Assembly (NCBI GenBank): GCA_964016885.1
Contig: OZ024743.1
Coordinates: 335,482,001 to 335,546,000 of the forward strand
Reading direction: 5' to 3'
DNA from: Eledone cirrhosa
Taxonomy: Eukaryota
Length of the DNA stretch: 64,000 nt
Shown here: positions 31,442-45,521 of the stretch, piece by piece
Layout of the letters: each line of letters opens with the position of its first letter
How positions within the stretch are numbered: the stretch's first letter is position 1
Position numbers and translations under genes: made by a program
Notes under the pieces: generated by a model
What the model was told of the DNA's origin: nothing
Database searches by the model: none
Seen by the model: only the letters and a program-made list of their open reading frames with translations

Positions 31442-31916
31442 GGCGTCGATGTACTTATGTGTATGTAAGATCGGGTATTGTAGTTATGTGCATGTAATTC
31501 TATGTATGTGCATGTGTGTCTGTATGATCGGCGGTTGTATGTATATGTATTTGTATGTGCATGTTTATGTACATGTGTGTATGTGTGTCGGTGCGCTTGT
31601 GTGTATGTGCTTATATGAGTGTGTATATGCGAACGTATATGTGCGTAGATGCGCTTGTGTGCACGTTTGACCAAGCTTTTTAGTATGTGCGATTGTAGGG
31701 ATGTGTATGTGAAAGTGTGTATGTACACATCTAGATACAATTGTGGTGTATGTGTGTATGTATGTATGTATGTATGTAGATGCGTATATGTGTAGGAATC
31801 TGTTGTGTGTAGAAGTGGCAGATGTGTGCATGCACGCGTGTAGAAGCATGTGTGTGTATGTATGTACATCCGCATGTGTGTATGTATTGTGTGAAGAGAT
31901 GGCAGATATTTGTGAG

Positions 31917-31948
<32 letters not shown>

Positions 31949-32585
31949 CGTGTTTGTGTGTACGTGTGTGTGTATGTGTGTACGTGCGTGTGTATGTGTG
32001 TACGTGCGTGTATGTGTATGTACGTGTGTGTGGGTGTGTGTGTACGTGCATGTGTGTGTACGCGTGTGTGTGTGCGTGTGTTGAGATGACAATATGTGTG
32101 AGTGTATATACGTGTACGTGTGTGTGTGTGTACGTGCGTGTTTGTGTGTACGTTTGTGCGTGTGTGTGTGTGCGGGTTTGTGTGTATGTGTGTGTGTACG
32201 TACATGTGTGTGTACGCGTGTTTGAGTGCGTGTGTAGAGATGGCAGATATGTGTGAGTGTATATAAGTGTGTAGGTGTGTGTCTGTTTGTGTCTGTGTGT
32301 GTGTGCACGTGCATGTGTGTGTACGCGTGTGTGCGTGTGTACAGGTGGCAATATGTGTGAGTGTATATACGTGTACGTGTGTGTACGTGTAGTTTGTGTG
32401 TGTGTACGCGTGTATGCGTGCGTATGCGTGTGTGTATGTGTGTGCGCGGGGATGTGTATACGTGTGTGTGTGTACGTACATGTGTGTGTACTTGCGTGGG
32501 TGTGTGTATGCGTGTGTGCGTACGTGTGTGTGTATGTACGTGTGTGGGTGCGTACGTGTGTGTGTGTATGTACGTGTGTGTGTGG
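31365..32585. repeat. Degenerate (TG)n-rich purine/pyrimidine tract with a recurring GATGGCAGATATGTGTGAGTGTAT motif
   Basis: Direct reading. Confidence 0.8.
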
Positions 32586-32778
32586 CTGTAGAATTAGTGT
32601 TCAGTAGTAGAATCAAAGAATGGTGAAGATGGATGTTGTTTGAGGGGGACCTAGTTTTGGCAAGACAGACAAATAGGTGCATGCACGTGTGTATGTGGCG
32701 GGGGAGGGAGTTCTGACTCTAGTGTTAGCACGAGCAATTGTGTGTGGCTATGTATAAATAATTGTTTTTATGTATATA

Positions 32779-32955
32779 TAATTGTTTCTAGGCCAGCAAA
32801 TACCCAGTGTATTACTGGTAATTTATTTTATCGACCCCGTAAGGATGAAAGGCAAAGTTAACCGCGGCGGGATTTGAACTCAGATCATAAAGGGACGTAA
32901 CTCTTTGCGTCAAAGCAGGGCATTCGACCCTCTACCGATACTGCCAATCCACCGC
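32779..32955 (-). mobile_element. SINE family A
   Basis: Homology to the other copies. Confidence 0.85.
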
Positions 32956-33000
32956 GTGTGTTTGTGTGAGTGCATATATATATATATATATATATGCACT

Positions 33001-33270
<270 letters not shown>

Positions 33271-33307
33271 CATATATAAATATATATATATATATATATG
33301 TATATAT

Positions 33308-33600
33308 GCACACAACACACACACAGAAACAAAATGGCGTAGGATAGAAGAAAGAAAAGGCACAGAAACGAAGAAAGGAATCCCCAGTCACTGAAGAGGT
33401 CACAGAGTGTGTGACGAAAGGACTATGACTATATATATATAAACAACTATCTGGTTGTGGAACCAACCAACCAACCAGAAATTTATAGGTTTGTAGATTT
33501 GTAAATTTATAAATTTATAAATATATAATAAATTGAAGTGAAAGCAACTGGTGCGTGTGTTTCTTATTGGCAACATGGCCCTCCCAAAGTATAACAATAT
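33308..33600 (+). mobile_element. Solo pLTR of the 11.8-14.5 kb PLE family
   Basis: Homologous to 14176-14450; flanked by (TA)n. Confidence 0.88.
33386..33430 (+). ncRNA. Minimal hammerhead ribozyme
   Basis: AGTCA-CTGAAGA-G-GTCACA GAGTG TGTGAC-GAAA-GGAC-TA-TGACT; perfect 5-bp stem I. Confidence 0.85.
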
Positions 33601-33650
33601 ATATATATATACATATACATATATATATGCATATACATATATATATATAC

Positions 33651-33690
<40 letters not shown>

Positions 33691-33744
33691 ATGTATATAT
33701 ATAATGTATATGTATATATATATATATATATATGTATTGTGTGT

Positions 33745-34213
33745 GCCTGTCAAAGGGCAAGGGAGCTCTTAAGAGTCAATAGCCATCCAAAATCACCGGG
33801 AGAGATGACCCCTTAGCCTTTGTCAAGGCAGAATTCTAGGAGAAGGAAAACTCTGATATAACACCTGCAACCCTGATGGTATCCAATGATGTTGACTTGT
33901 TCTTCTTTTTGGTAAATATCATCTTGGTTAAGAGAGTGGGACTGGCTTTGTGCAGTGCCTTTGCTCACTATAAAAGCTTCACGGCACAGGCATTGCTTTA
34001 TATCTGGAGATCTCTCTGCACTTGTCATCACATGGTACCATGGGCCCTGCACTATGTGTCAATAATGGTCACAAGTGTAGCCTTTGTACCAGAGTTTTCA
34101 AGTCGCTGGCTGGACTAAAAAGTCGCATTCATTCAGCGCATCGGTAGGGGTTCTCCTACATGGATATAAAGTAGTGGCCGTACTCGAAAACGAGTTGGCA
34201 GCCACCATCTGGA
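33745..34213 (+). mobile_element. Bipartite non-autonomous RTE derivative (5'UTR-like part plus RTE 3' end)
   Basis: 34076-34147 encodes CSLCTRVFKSLAGLKSRIHSAHR*, matching the last zinc finger of the RTE at 37457-37529; 3' end GGCCGTACTCGAAAACGAG..GGCAGCCACCAT matches 37969-38000. Confidence 0.75.
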
Positions 34214-34227
34214 TGTATGCGTATGTG

Positions 34228-34264
<37 letters not shown>

Positions 34265-34360
34265 ATATATATGTGCGTGTATGTGTATATATGTGTGTGT
34301 GTGTGTGTATGTTTGTATGTGTGTATGTATATATATGTGTGTGTGTGTATGTATGTGTGG

Positions 34361-34430
<70 letters not shown>

Positions 34431-34441
34431 ATGTATGTGTG

Positions 34442-34478
<37 letters not shown>

Positions 34479-34842
34479 GTGTATGTATATGTATATGTAT
34501 GTATGTGTGGATGAAGGTATGTGTGTATATATAGGTGTAAGTGCACTAAATCACTTTCTATCACGCTCCACTCTCCTACCGACCACAGGAAGTTATATGT
34601 ATGTATATTGCTTCCACCCCTCACTTACCAGCAGCTGGCCAGCTGGCCATTGCTAAATCTGACCTTTATAAAATAACCCACACCCCAAATAACTTCTCAT
34701 TCACTACCAGAAAGGGACACAGCAGTCAACTTGTTGCTACCTAGATGAAAACTACTATGAAATCCCACAATGAATGTTATACTTGAATTTTCAAATCTCA
34801 AATTTTAACTCTTCGTATTATTAATTTTTCTTAATATTAATC

Positions 34843-34890
34843 AACATTTGAAAAGATGGCTTTTGCAGACCCATCGAAACCGGTCATTTT
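34843..34890 (+). ncRNA. Variant hammerhead motif (UUGAAAA core) in a pLTR-like unit (~34545-34995)
   Basis: AACAT-TTGAAAA-GATGG ... CCATC-GAAA-CCGG-TC-ATTTT; palindromic stem III. Confidence 0.6.
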
Positions 34891-35070
34891 TTATACTCTT
34901 TATTATTTCCTTACCTTATAAAATTATATGTTTTTTCACAAAAAAGTCTTCTGTCTCTTATATATTCCATGTGCCATTACCAACCTCAATTTTCTCTATA
35001 TATATATGTATATATATATATATTTATGTATATGTGTATGTATATATATATATTTATGTATATGTATATG

Positions 35071-35106
<36 letters not shown>

Positions 35107-35110
35107 TATG

Positions 35111-35151
<41 letters not shown>

Positions 35152-35192
35152 GTATATATATATATATATTTATATATGTATATATATATATA

Positions 35193-37529
35193 CAGGAGAG
35201 GAATACGTTGCATGAGGAGCTCAGGGATGTAAAATCACGTGTTAGGCGGAGTCTTTCTCAGATGAAGGATCAGTGGTGGAGTGAGAAGGCTGGTGAGATA
35301 CAAACTGCGTCTGATTGCAATAACACAAAGCTGTTGTACAGTCTCTTGCGTGAGGTTTATGGACCGTCTTCTTCTCTGGTGACACCGATTCGCAGCAGGG
35401 ATGGCAAAGAACTTCTTCGTGACTCACAGGGAATTCTACGAAGGTGGCGAGAGCACTTTGATGATCTTTTGAATCAGCCGTCTGTCGTCAGTGAAGATTT
35501 CCTCAATCTCATTCCGGAAAGTCCTGTGAAAGTAGCTCTCGCAGAACCTCCGACACTTGTGGAGGTTGCAGTGGCTATTTCGAAGCTGAACAGTGGAAGA
35601 TCTCCAGGTATGGATGGCATACATGCTGAGCTCCTACAATATGGTGGTGAGAGACTCCTGCAACATCTTCACTCTCTGTTTGGAAGGATATGGGCTAATG
35701 AATCCGTGCCTGAGGACTGGAGAGATGCAGTAATGGTGGTCTTGTACAAGGGAAAGGGTAACAGGAATGATTGTGGGAACTACAGAGGTATATCATTGCT
35801 TTCTGTCGTGGGGAAAGTTTTATGTAGGGTGCTTCTGGACCGTCTGCTGACACACATTGCAGATTGTGTCCTTCCTGAAAGTCAATCTGGTTTTCGTGTT
35901 GGACCCGGCACTACTGATATGATCTTCTCAGCTAGACAGCTCCAGGAGAAGTGCATTGAACAGGGCTTGGATCTGTATCAGGTTTTTGTCGATCTGACAA
36001 AGGCTTTCGATACTGTCAACAGAGATGCATTATGGAAGGTTCTCCAGAAACTTGGTTGCCCTGATAAGTTCCTTGCTTTAGTTAGGTCTTTCCATGACGA
36101 CATGAAGGCTTGGGTTAATGTCGGAGGTAACATGTCGGAGCCTATCTCAGTAAAAAATGGAGTGAAACAGGGGGATATTCCAGCACCGACCCTGTTTGCC
36201 ATATACTTTGCAATGGTTTTCTGTATTGCATTCAGGAATTGCGAGCATGGTGTTTACATCCGATATCGAACCTCAGGCAGCATATTTAACATCAGGCGCT
36301 TTGCTGCGAAGACAAAAGTATTTACATCAGTCATAAGAGACCTCTTGTATGCAGATGATTGCGATCTTGTAGCGCACACAGAGAGTGATATGCAGCACAT
36401 TTTGAATGTATTTTCTGACGCTTGCACTGCCCTGGGTTTGACTGTCAGTCTCAAGAAAACCGTCGTCATGTACCAACCTGCACCTGGTAGGCAGTACACT
36501 GAACCAAACATCTATGTGTATGGCAAACGACTTGGAGTGGTTGATCAGTTTGTCTACCTGGGAAGCACTGTCAATCGATACGGCAACCTTGACAGTGAAA
36601 TCTCACTTAGGATTAGGAAAGCAAGTGATGCTTTCGGAAAGCTAGAAAGGCGACTCTGGGGTCGGCGAGACATATGCAGGAGGACAAAGGTAAGGGTGTA
36701 CAGGGCATGTGTACTCTCTTGTCTTCTTTATGCCTGCGAGACCTGGGTCACATATCGACGCCACCTTAAGCAATTGGAGCGTTTCCATCAGATGTGTCTC
36801 AGACGGATACATGGCGTTCGCTGGAGGGACCACATCAGTGATGTCGAGATTTTGGAAAGCTCTATGTGTGACAGTATAGAAGCTCTTGTGCTTAAGCAGC
36901 GACTCCGTTGGAGTGGTCACCTTGCCAGGATGAAGGATTCTAGAATACCAAAACAACTCTTCTATGGAGAGTTGGTTAAAGGAAAACGACCGCCACATAA
37001 ACCAAAAAAGAGGTATAAGGATTCCTTGAAGGCCTCTCTGAAAGACGCTAACATCTCTGCTGATACATGGGAAAATATTGCTGCTGATCGTAGTAAATGG
37101 AGAAAGACTGTATATGAGGGAAAAGTTGCCTTTGAGGCATCTCGAATCGCACACGAGAAAGTAAGGCGGGACGTGAGGAAGGGTATTGCTGTTGCACTTC
37201 CAGACGGCGAGGGTCCTCCTATGTTTCTGACATGCAGCGTCTGTGCGAGACTCTGCCTAAGCAAAGCTGGACTCGAAAGTCATCTTCGCAGTCATAAAGT
37301 AAGACCAGTGGTTGACTACCAGGCTGCTGTTGGAGATGCTACTCATCATGCTTGCCAAACATGTGGTAGAGAATGTAAATCAGCAGGAGGACTCAAGCGA
37401 CATGCAAAAGTACACGAACTCCAACCACAGCCGACTATTCCCAGTAAATGTTTTGGTTGCCGACTCTGTGCAAGACATTTTAGATCATTGGCTGGGCTAA
37501 AAAGCCACATTCGATCGCAGCACTGTTAG
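35193..37529 (+). CDS. RTE-clade LINE ORF, 5'-truncated: reverse transcriptase plus three C2H2 zinc fingers
   Basis: Uninterrupted ~780 codons; [54 protein letters not shown]; CxxC..H..H x3. The ORF-track N-terminus (34848-35192) is microsatellite/pLTR read-through. Confidence 0.95.
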   Translation, partial: QERNTLHEELRDVKSRVRRSLSQMKDQWWSEKAGEIQTASDCNNTKLLYSLLREVYGPSSSLVTPIRSRDGKELLRDSQGILRRWREHFDDLLNQPSVVSEDFLNLIPESPVKVALAEPPTLVEVAVAISKLNSGRSPGMDGIHAELLQYGGERLLQHLHSLFGRIWANESVPEDWRDAVMVVLYKGKGNRNDCGNYRGISLLSVVGKVLCRVLLDRLLTHIADCVLPESQSGFRVGPGTTDMIFSARQLQEKCIEQGLDLYQVFVDLTKAFDTVNRDALWKVLQKLGCPDKFLALVRSFHDDMKAWVNVGGNMSEPISVKNGVKQGDIPAPTLFAIYFAMVFCIAFRNCEHGVYIRYRTSGSIFNIRRFAAKTKVFTSVIRDLLYADDCDLVAHTESDMQHILNVFSDACTALGLTVSLKKTVVMYQPAPGRQYTEPNIYVYGKRLGVVDQFVYLGSTVNRYGNLDSEISLRIRKASDAFGKLERRLWGRRDICRRTKVRVYRACVLSCLLYACETWVTYRRHLKQLERFHQMCLRRIHGVRWRDHISDVEILESSMCDSIEALVLKQRLRWSGHLARMKDSRIPKQLFYGELVKGKRPPHKPKKRYKDSLKASLKDANISADTWENIAADRSKWRKTVYEGKVAFEASRIAHEKVRRDVRKGIAVALPDGEGPPMFLTCSVCARLCLSKAGLESHLRSHKVRPVVDYQAAVGDATHHACQTCGRECKSAGGLKRHAKVHELQPQPTIPSKCFGCRLCARHFRSLAGLKSHIRSQHC

Positions 37530-37537
37530 TTGCTATC

Positions 37538-37581
<44 letters not shown>

Positions 37582-37660
37582 GCTTATGTGCGTGCGTGTG
37601 TGTGTATATATATATGAATATGTATATTATTATTGTTGTTGTCGTTATTATTATTATTGC

Positions 37661-37712
<52 letters not shown>

Positions 37713-37834
37713 GTTATTAATGTATGTGTGTATATATGTGTGAGTGTATGTGTATGTATGTGTGTGTGTATATATGTATGTATGTGTATGTATGTGTGTG
37801 TGTATATATATGTGTATATATATATATGTGTATA

Positions 37835-37867
<33 letters not shown>

Positions 37868-37880
37868 CTTTTCCCTTTTT

Positions 37881-37935
<55 letters not shown>

Positions 37936-37960
37936 TTTTTTTTTTTTTTTTTTTTTTTAT

Positions 37961-38000
37961 TGTGCAATGGCCATACTCGATAACGAGGGGGCAGCCATCA
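37961..38000 (+). mobile_element. RTE 3' terminus separated from the ORF by microsatellite expansion
   Basis: GGCCATACTCGATAACGAGGGGGCAGCCATCAT with a CTCG/CGAG stem; homologous to 34187-34209. Confidence 0.65.
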
Positions 38001-38010
38001 TATGTATATG

Positions 38011-38064
<54 letters not shown>

Positions 38065-38112
38065 CAAATGTATATATATATATGTATATATATATATTTA
38101 TATATATATACA

Positions 38113-40780
38113 TAATCTGTTTCAAAGAATGCCTCAACAGTAATAAATGCTTTATCAAACAGTGCCATTCTAGCAACATACTTTTCATGGGAGACTTTAA
38201 TCTACCCTGTGTCGATTGGTCTACATGTAGTTTGAAACCAGGCTCCACAGCCTCAACCACTAACAAAGAGGCTGTCGAGTCACTTCTTGACTTCATGAAT
38301 GAGTTTTTCTTGTCACAACTTGTCCTTGCACCAACGAGGCATCAGAAGAACATTCTGAATCTCGTGTTTAGTAACCACACTAACACTATACATAATATTA
38401 CAGTGGAAAAACCCTTCTCTCAGACCATGACATGGTTCTTTGTAACCTGAGATTCCACCAGCCGAAAGCTAATCCCAGGGTCCTCTCTCCAGCCCACCCA
38501 TTTGATAACATGGATCTCTACAATGCCAACTGGGGTGGAATTATGAACGAACTATCACATGTCGACTGGTCTTTTACACGCGCACACTTCCACCAACATC
38601 AAAAAATCTTAGCAGATATTTGTAGACACTGTCACAAATATATGTACAACCCCCCCCCCCCCCCAAACCTGTGAACAAAACCAAGTGCAGTATCCCCCCA
38701 AAACAGAAAAACAATTATCAGAAAAATAAAAAGAACATACAAAAGTTGACACACTAAAATACTGCCAACAGCAACACACACATTCAATGGCTATCACCCT
38801 GCTTGAGTCAAAAAAATATAACCTCCAGCAATGCATGATGACCATCATCAATAACCTTAGAATAGCTGAAGAGAGGTGGGCCATTGAGAAAATAAAACTC
38901 AACCCCAAAGTGTTCTTCTCATTCGCTAATAAACACAATGTCACCGTCTCCACTGTTGGCCCCCTAGTTGATAAAAATGGCACACTCCAGGACAATGCCA
39001 AAACCATGGGCGAGATACTGCAGAAACAATACTGCTCTGCTTTCAGCAACCCTGATATGGCCGATCTGGGCCGTATCAGTGATATTAACCACCAACACAC
39101 TATATCAGACATAACGTTTGGCGCCCCTGATGTCTTAGCGGCAATAAACGAAATTAAACACAATTTAGCAGTAGGCTCCGACAAGTTCCCTGCTTGTGTC
39201 CTGAAGGTGTGTCGACACCAACTTGCAACTCCTCTTGCTAATCTGTGGAGGAACTCACTGGACACTGGCTATATTCCTGAAAACTTTTTGTCCCAGTCCG
39301 TTGTCCCAGTCTTCAAAAAGGGAAATAAGTCCCTTGCAGTGAACTACCGTCCGATCTCACTCACCTCTCATATTATCAAGGTATTTGAGAGGTTGGTGAG
39401 ATCACGAATAACCCACTTTCTTGAAAGCAACGGCCTGCTGAACTCCAACCCACATGGGTTCCGTAATGGAAGGGACTGCCTAACGCAACTCCTGCATCAC
39501 TTTGACGATGTTTTGAGAGCCTTGGGAGAGGGCTCCCACACTGATGTCATCTACCTTGATTTCAGCAAGGCCTTCGACAGGGTAGATCATAAGATTCTAC
39601 TGAAAAAACTATCCAATGTTGGTGTCTCTGAAAGGTTACTACAGTGGATCAAATGTTTCTTGACATGCAGAACCCAGCATGATGTAGTCGAAGGAGTAAA
39701 ATCAAGCCCTGCCAAAGTCCGCAGTGGCGTCCCACAAGGGACTGTGTTGAGCCCACTTCTTTTCATCATCTACATTAATGACATTACTGCCATCATCAAG
39801 CACAGTAACATCAGAATCTTCGCAGATGATTCCAAGCTCCAAAGGGTTATCAATGAGGTGGGTGTCCGGACTTGCCTTCAGTCAGACATACTGGCTGTTA
39901 TCCAATGGGCAGAGATGAATAATATGCTGTTGAATGAGGATAAATTTGAACTAATCCACTTTTGAAAAAAGGTTGCTCTGAAACTACCATACTCTCTTCC
40001 TTAGGGTGAAACTCTGGTGGCTTCCAATAACATCAGAGACCTGGTAGTAATTGTGGACAACAATATAAGCTGGGTCACTCATATAAACATCAAAGTTGAT
40101 ATGGCCCGCAGAATGTGTTCCTGGATTCTCAGAACTTTCCAGTCGAGAGATATCCACAATGTTGTCCTTCTCTTCTCCACATTTGCCAGACCCCACCTTG
40201 AATACTGTTGTCCACTGTGGTCACCCCACACGAAACAAAGTATCATGAAAGTTGAAGCAGTCCAAAGGTCAATTACAAAAAAGATAGTTGGCATGACAGG
40301 CCTTGACTATTGGGGTCGATTAGAAAAGCTCAAACTTTATTCTCTTCAGCGTCGCCCTGAGCGCTACATTATCTGTATCATGTGGAAAATATTCCATCAA
40401 CTTAGTCCAAATGATGTTGGCATCATCTTTAGTGTATACCCAAGGCTTGGGTCCCGTGCTATCCGCCCAGGACAAAACTTCCACGCGCATCACATAACAA
40501 CAATACGGCACAATTATTTCACCTCAATTGGCCTGCACTCTTTAACATTACACCAAAATACATCACAGCAGAGACAGACCCCATCAAGTTCAAGAAGTCT
40601 TTGGATAAATTCCTTCAAGAAATCCCGGATAAGCCTCCTACACCCGGATATGCCTCCGTAAACAATAACTCTCTGCTCGAGTGGGCCATGGTGCCCAAAC
40701 ACTGATTTGTAAGACTTCGCCAGGTGGTGCTATTAAGTTAGACATGGCATGGGCCAATAATGGCCGAAAGTTATCAAAGT

Positions 40781-40781
<1 letters not shown>
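38113..40781 (+). pseudogene. CR1-group LINE ORF2 (APE C-terminus plus RT), disrupted
   Basis: [64 protein letters not shown]; stops and frameshifts. Confidence 0.92.
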
Positions 40782-40807
<26 letters not shown>

Positions 40808-40812
<5 letters not shown>

Positions 40813-41323
40813 ATTCACAAGAATCAAAGCTATGTTCAAAGCATTTATTCACTTACAATTGTTTCATCCAAATCTAGGCTTGGTATCTTCGGAGCATTTT
40901 TCAATGTTTGTACACATAATTGACCTCCTTTCCATCGCAAGAGACATACAGATACATATATATATATATTCATGTACAGTAGAGTGACATATATTATACT
41001 ATATTATTTCTGTATAGCAATTCAAATTCAAAATCAAATCAAAATTTAAATTAAAACAAAATTAAAACAAAATTAAAATACATTCGGCAGTTAACACATA
41101 ATGCAAGAAGATAGTTTGTTAGTCAGATGTAGTATTTAGTGTATGCGTTAGTTACACGTGGGGCCTGCAAGTGTGTCCCATTATGATGTTATTACATTGA
41201 GCTATTTATCTTACTGGTGATAAGGTAGTAATAAATTACTGAGCTTCACTGTTTAGGGTTTAAAATATACATAACTATAAAAAGTTTTAGTATATACATT
41301 ACCATAAATAGTATCCTTAATAT
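40808..41323. mobile_element. PLE pLTR family P: HHR segment (-) plus inverted tail segment (41183-41323)
   Basis: Homology to 42328-42630 and 47250-47640; HHR at 40850-40896 (-). Confidence 0.8.
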
Positions 41324-41334
41324 TATATATATAT

Positions 41335-41868
41335 ATAAACGGAAAAAATGAAACGAAATTTAATTTCCTTCTCTTAGTACGGCTGTTACTTAAATATAAG
41401 TATGTACACGCACATACATATATGTATGCAGACGTACAGTAGTATGTATATATATATATATACATACATGCACGCATATATATATATGTACGTATAGATT
41501 CACCGAACATTTATTATAATGCTCGGTGTGTTTGTAAACAAACAGCCCGTATTAAGCCGTAGTGTCCAGCAAACATCGTTGCTCGTTTGTTCAACACTGA
41601 CAAAGGAACGCTGTACTAGTTTCAAGCTTATTAGCTATCGTCAGCAACGTATACCTTCCTGCCAGATTGTTGAACGTATATACTTACCTTATGGATATTA
41701 ACGGCTGAGTAGCCCAATGTGCATATCGATTGGGTTAATCGGCCGGGTGCACCGAAAACGATAAACGGAAAAAATGAAACGAAATTTTTTTTCCCACTCT
41801 TAGTACGGCTGTTACTTAAATATAAGTATGTACACGTACATACATATATGTATACAGACGTACAGTAG

Positions 41869-41904
<36 letters not shown>

Positions 41905-42140
41905 CATGCACACGTATATATATGTACGTATGGATTCACCAAACATTTATTATAATGCTCGGTGTGTTTGTAAAAAAACATCCCGTAGTGTCTAGCAACC
42001 ATCGTTGCTCGTTTGTTCAACACAGACAAAGGAACGGTGTACTAGTTTCAAGATTATTAGCTATCGTCAGCAACGTATACCTTCCTGCCAGATTCCTGCG
42101 AAATTTCGTTGTTCGTTTGTTCAACACTGACAAAGGAACG
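41335..42140. repeat. ~425-bp tandem duplication (2+ units); related fragment at 15970-16120
   Basis: ATAAACGGAAAAAATGAAACGAAATT at 41335 and 41761, colinear over ~330 bp. Confidence 0.85.
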
Positions 42141-42183
42141 CTAGACACTGTACCTCTGTATGCATATATGTATGTACGTGTAC

Positions 42184-42249
<66 letters not shown>

Positions 42250-42265
42250 ATCTATATATATATAC

Positions 42266-42327
<62 letters not shown>

Positions 42328-42331
<4 letters not shown>

Positions 42332-42851
42332 TTAAGGATACTATTTATGGTTATGTATATAATAAAACCTTATATAGTTATATATATTTAAAACCCTAAA
42401 TAGTGAAAGACAGTAATTCATTACTATCTTATTACCAGTAAGATAAATAGCTCAATGTAATAACATCAGTTGTATAGAAATTACATGAATCAAAGTTCAG
42501 TTTAAATCATTTATTTGCTTACAATTGTTTCTTCCAAACCGAGGTTTCGAGTCTTCGGAGCAATTATTCAGTGATTTTTTACGTACTTGACCTCCTTTCC
42601 AACACGAGAGACATATAGAAACATATGTATATGCACAGTGGGTTGACATCCATTATAATAATATAGCATGGCAATTTACATACAAAGATTACAGTCATAT
42701 ATATACATATGTTTATATATGTCTTTTGTGTTGGAAAGGAGGTCAAGTATGTAAAAAATCACTGAATAATTGCTCCGAAGACAGCAAACCTCGGTTTGGA
42801 AGAAACAATTGTAAGCAAATAAATGATTTAAACTGGACTTTGATTCATGTA

Positions 42852-42855
<4 letters not shown>
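42328..42855. mobile_element. PLE pLTR family P fold-back with ~155-bp arms, a hammerhead on each strand
   Basis: 42478-42632 is the reverse complement of 42701-42855; HHRs at 42515-42563 (-) and 42770-42818 (+). Confidence 0.88.
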
Positions 42856-42919
<64 letters not shown>

Positions 42920-42923
<4 letters not shown>

Positions 42924-45192
42924 TTAAATAACAGATTAAAGTTTAAGCAAAGAATCGATGCTTTCACCCTTAACGGGATCTTCTGAAACTAACAAAGTCA
43001 ATCTGTAAACGCAGAACTGGATATTTCAAAAAACGTTGCAACCGGAGGAAAACAGGAAGACGATACTTTGGTTCGTGGAAACGTTCGCTGGCAAAGAACG
43101 GGAAAAAACGAATAATACGTCATTAATAGGAGCGGTGAAAAACAATTACGCGCAAAGACAGAACCACGTTTATGGTATAAAAGAGATCGTAGACTAATGT
43201 TCTCTTAGGTGGTGCATAGAGACGTCCTCTGGCAATGAACGAAAAAACGAAGATAATAAGTCATATGTGGAGCACGCAAAGACAAAACCACGTAAATGGT
43301 ATAGCAGAAGTTGTAGACTAAAATTCTAACTAGGAGACCAAATGAATCTCCGCTACAGAGTTAAGAACAAAGTAAATAAATACAATACAGAAGTAATAGA
43401 AACAAATAAATACATACCCGCAAACATATACGTACATACACAAGCATACGCAAAACCTTACCATAGGTATACAAAACCACGCACATATAAATATGTGTGT
43501 GTGTGTATGTTTGTGTACAAATAAATAAATAATTATATAAACGTATATAAGTAAATAAATACGTATATAACAAGCGCACACACATACCTACAAATAAATA
43601 CACGAATGTTCGGAGACGTAAGTCAACTAAAACAAGAAGTACACATATACACACACCCACCATACGTACGAACCTGCATACTCACGCAGACGCAAAAGTC
43701 CCGTATACACATAGCCAAACCCTAAATACCAGAATATGTAAAAATTATACGCCATAACAGTCAAATATACGTACGAGAAGGTATACATACCTTCACAAAA
43801 CATACGGGTAATATATACTTACCTATGCAAATAAGTAAAGGAATAAACAAAACATATACTTAGCTCCCACATCAAGACGTAAAATAGCCACGTATAGATC
43901 GTGCTATCCGTTAGGGTATAACGTGGGGCTGTAATACAGGAAAGTTTTGTGCAAGTTATGTTTACAAGCCGAAATTGCCTCAGATGTTTTGTTTAAGATG
44001 TGGTCTGTGGCGTAGAGTATTTCCAGGGCCTCAGCGGCGCAGAGGTCACATGGTCTTTTATTTCCGTTATACGATCTAGCCCTAGCTAGGATCTCCCAGT
44101 GTAACTTATATTGGGTGTGGTTGTCTTTTAGACTCCAGATATAAGCTGAAAGTGACGTCATATTCCTTCTTAGAGGGTAACGAAAAGAATGGGTATGCAT
44201 GTAAAGACGCTGCTTGAAACTATTGGCTGTTAACTTTATGTAGGCCCTACGGGACGTGGGTGTTACAACCTTACATTTGTAGACAATGTTACTAGAGAGG
44301 CATTTCCCGGATAGGGGGCAATCAGCCCGATTCCTACAATTACAGTTAGTACTAACTACAGGGTTGCACGTGTTCCTACGGCTAGGTAGTTTAGCTAAAT
44401 TTGAAGCTGTGATGTTATGTGCAAGGTTAGGAGTCGTAGAGTAAGAATTTTTAATAGTATTTCTATTAAAAATATTACTATATTTATGTGTAGGGGGAAA
44501 ATGCTTCGTAATAAGGGAAAGAAAGATCTTAGCTAATGGTGTGGCCACCTCCATATTATATGGTGGGTTAAACCAACAAATGCGACGGCATCTATTTATT
44601 CTAGGACTATTTTCGTACTCTGCATATGCTACCTTATCGACAAATCCACTTCGAGCAAGAGCTTCATTGCAATAAGTGGAATGGTCGTTGAAAATGCGTT
44701 CGTTGGTGGAAAGACGGGAAAGCCTCAACGAAACGTTTTTAACCAGGTTCTTGGTTATGCTGGCAGGATGGTTGGAATGCTTACTTATGTAATTAAGCGT
44801 ATCATTCGGCTTTCTATACGGGTAATACAACCCATTCAATAAATTGAGTGTAACGTCGAGGTAATTAACGACTGAGAGATTGGCCTCAACCTGTATAGAG
44901 AGGTTGAAGCCTTTAAAGAAGGCTGTGAGTTCTTTTCTGAACCTGTCGCAAGCACGAAGTCCGCACTTAGTCATGGTCAAAAGACCATCGTCACGGTACA
45001 AACCACCGCCCGCGTTGGGGAATTCGTCCTTGATAGAGAAAAGAAGGGAAAGGCCAATAAGATCAGTAACCTCCGCAGAGTCACTGGCGTCGAATGGGGT
45101 ACTATTGGATTTTTTAATCCAAATAGAGTCATCGAAATTAATCACCGACTTTCGGGCATTAAGGATGACATCAAGTTCGAAATCCTTAACCA
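42920..45192 (-). mobile_element. Naiad-like PLE, 5'-truncated; open RT-GIY-YIG ORF 43904-45192 and ~1-kb 3'UTR
   Basis: [57 protein letters not shown]; degenerate HHR at 42955-42988. Confidence 0.9.
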
Positions 45193-45214
45193 CTATATAT
45201 ATATATACATATAC

Positions 45215-45246
<32 letters not shown>

Positions 45247-45250
45247 ATAT

Positions 45251-45371
<121 letters not shown>

Positions 45372-45372
45372 C

Positions 45373-45407
<35 letters not shown>

Positions 45408-45408
45408 C

Positions 45409-45521
<113 letters not shown>

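Noticed and set aside
34848-35192. N-terminal 115 aa of the 893-aa ORF
   Set aside because: Read-through of a pLTR and (TA)n; the RTE begins at ~35193 and lacks its endonuclease
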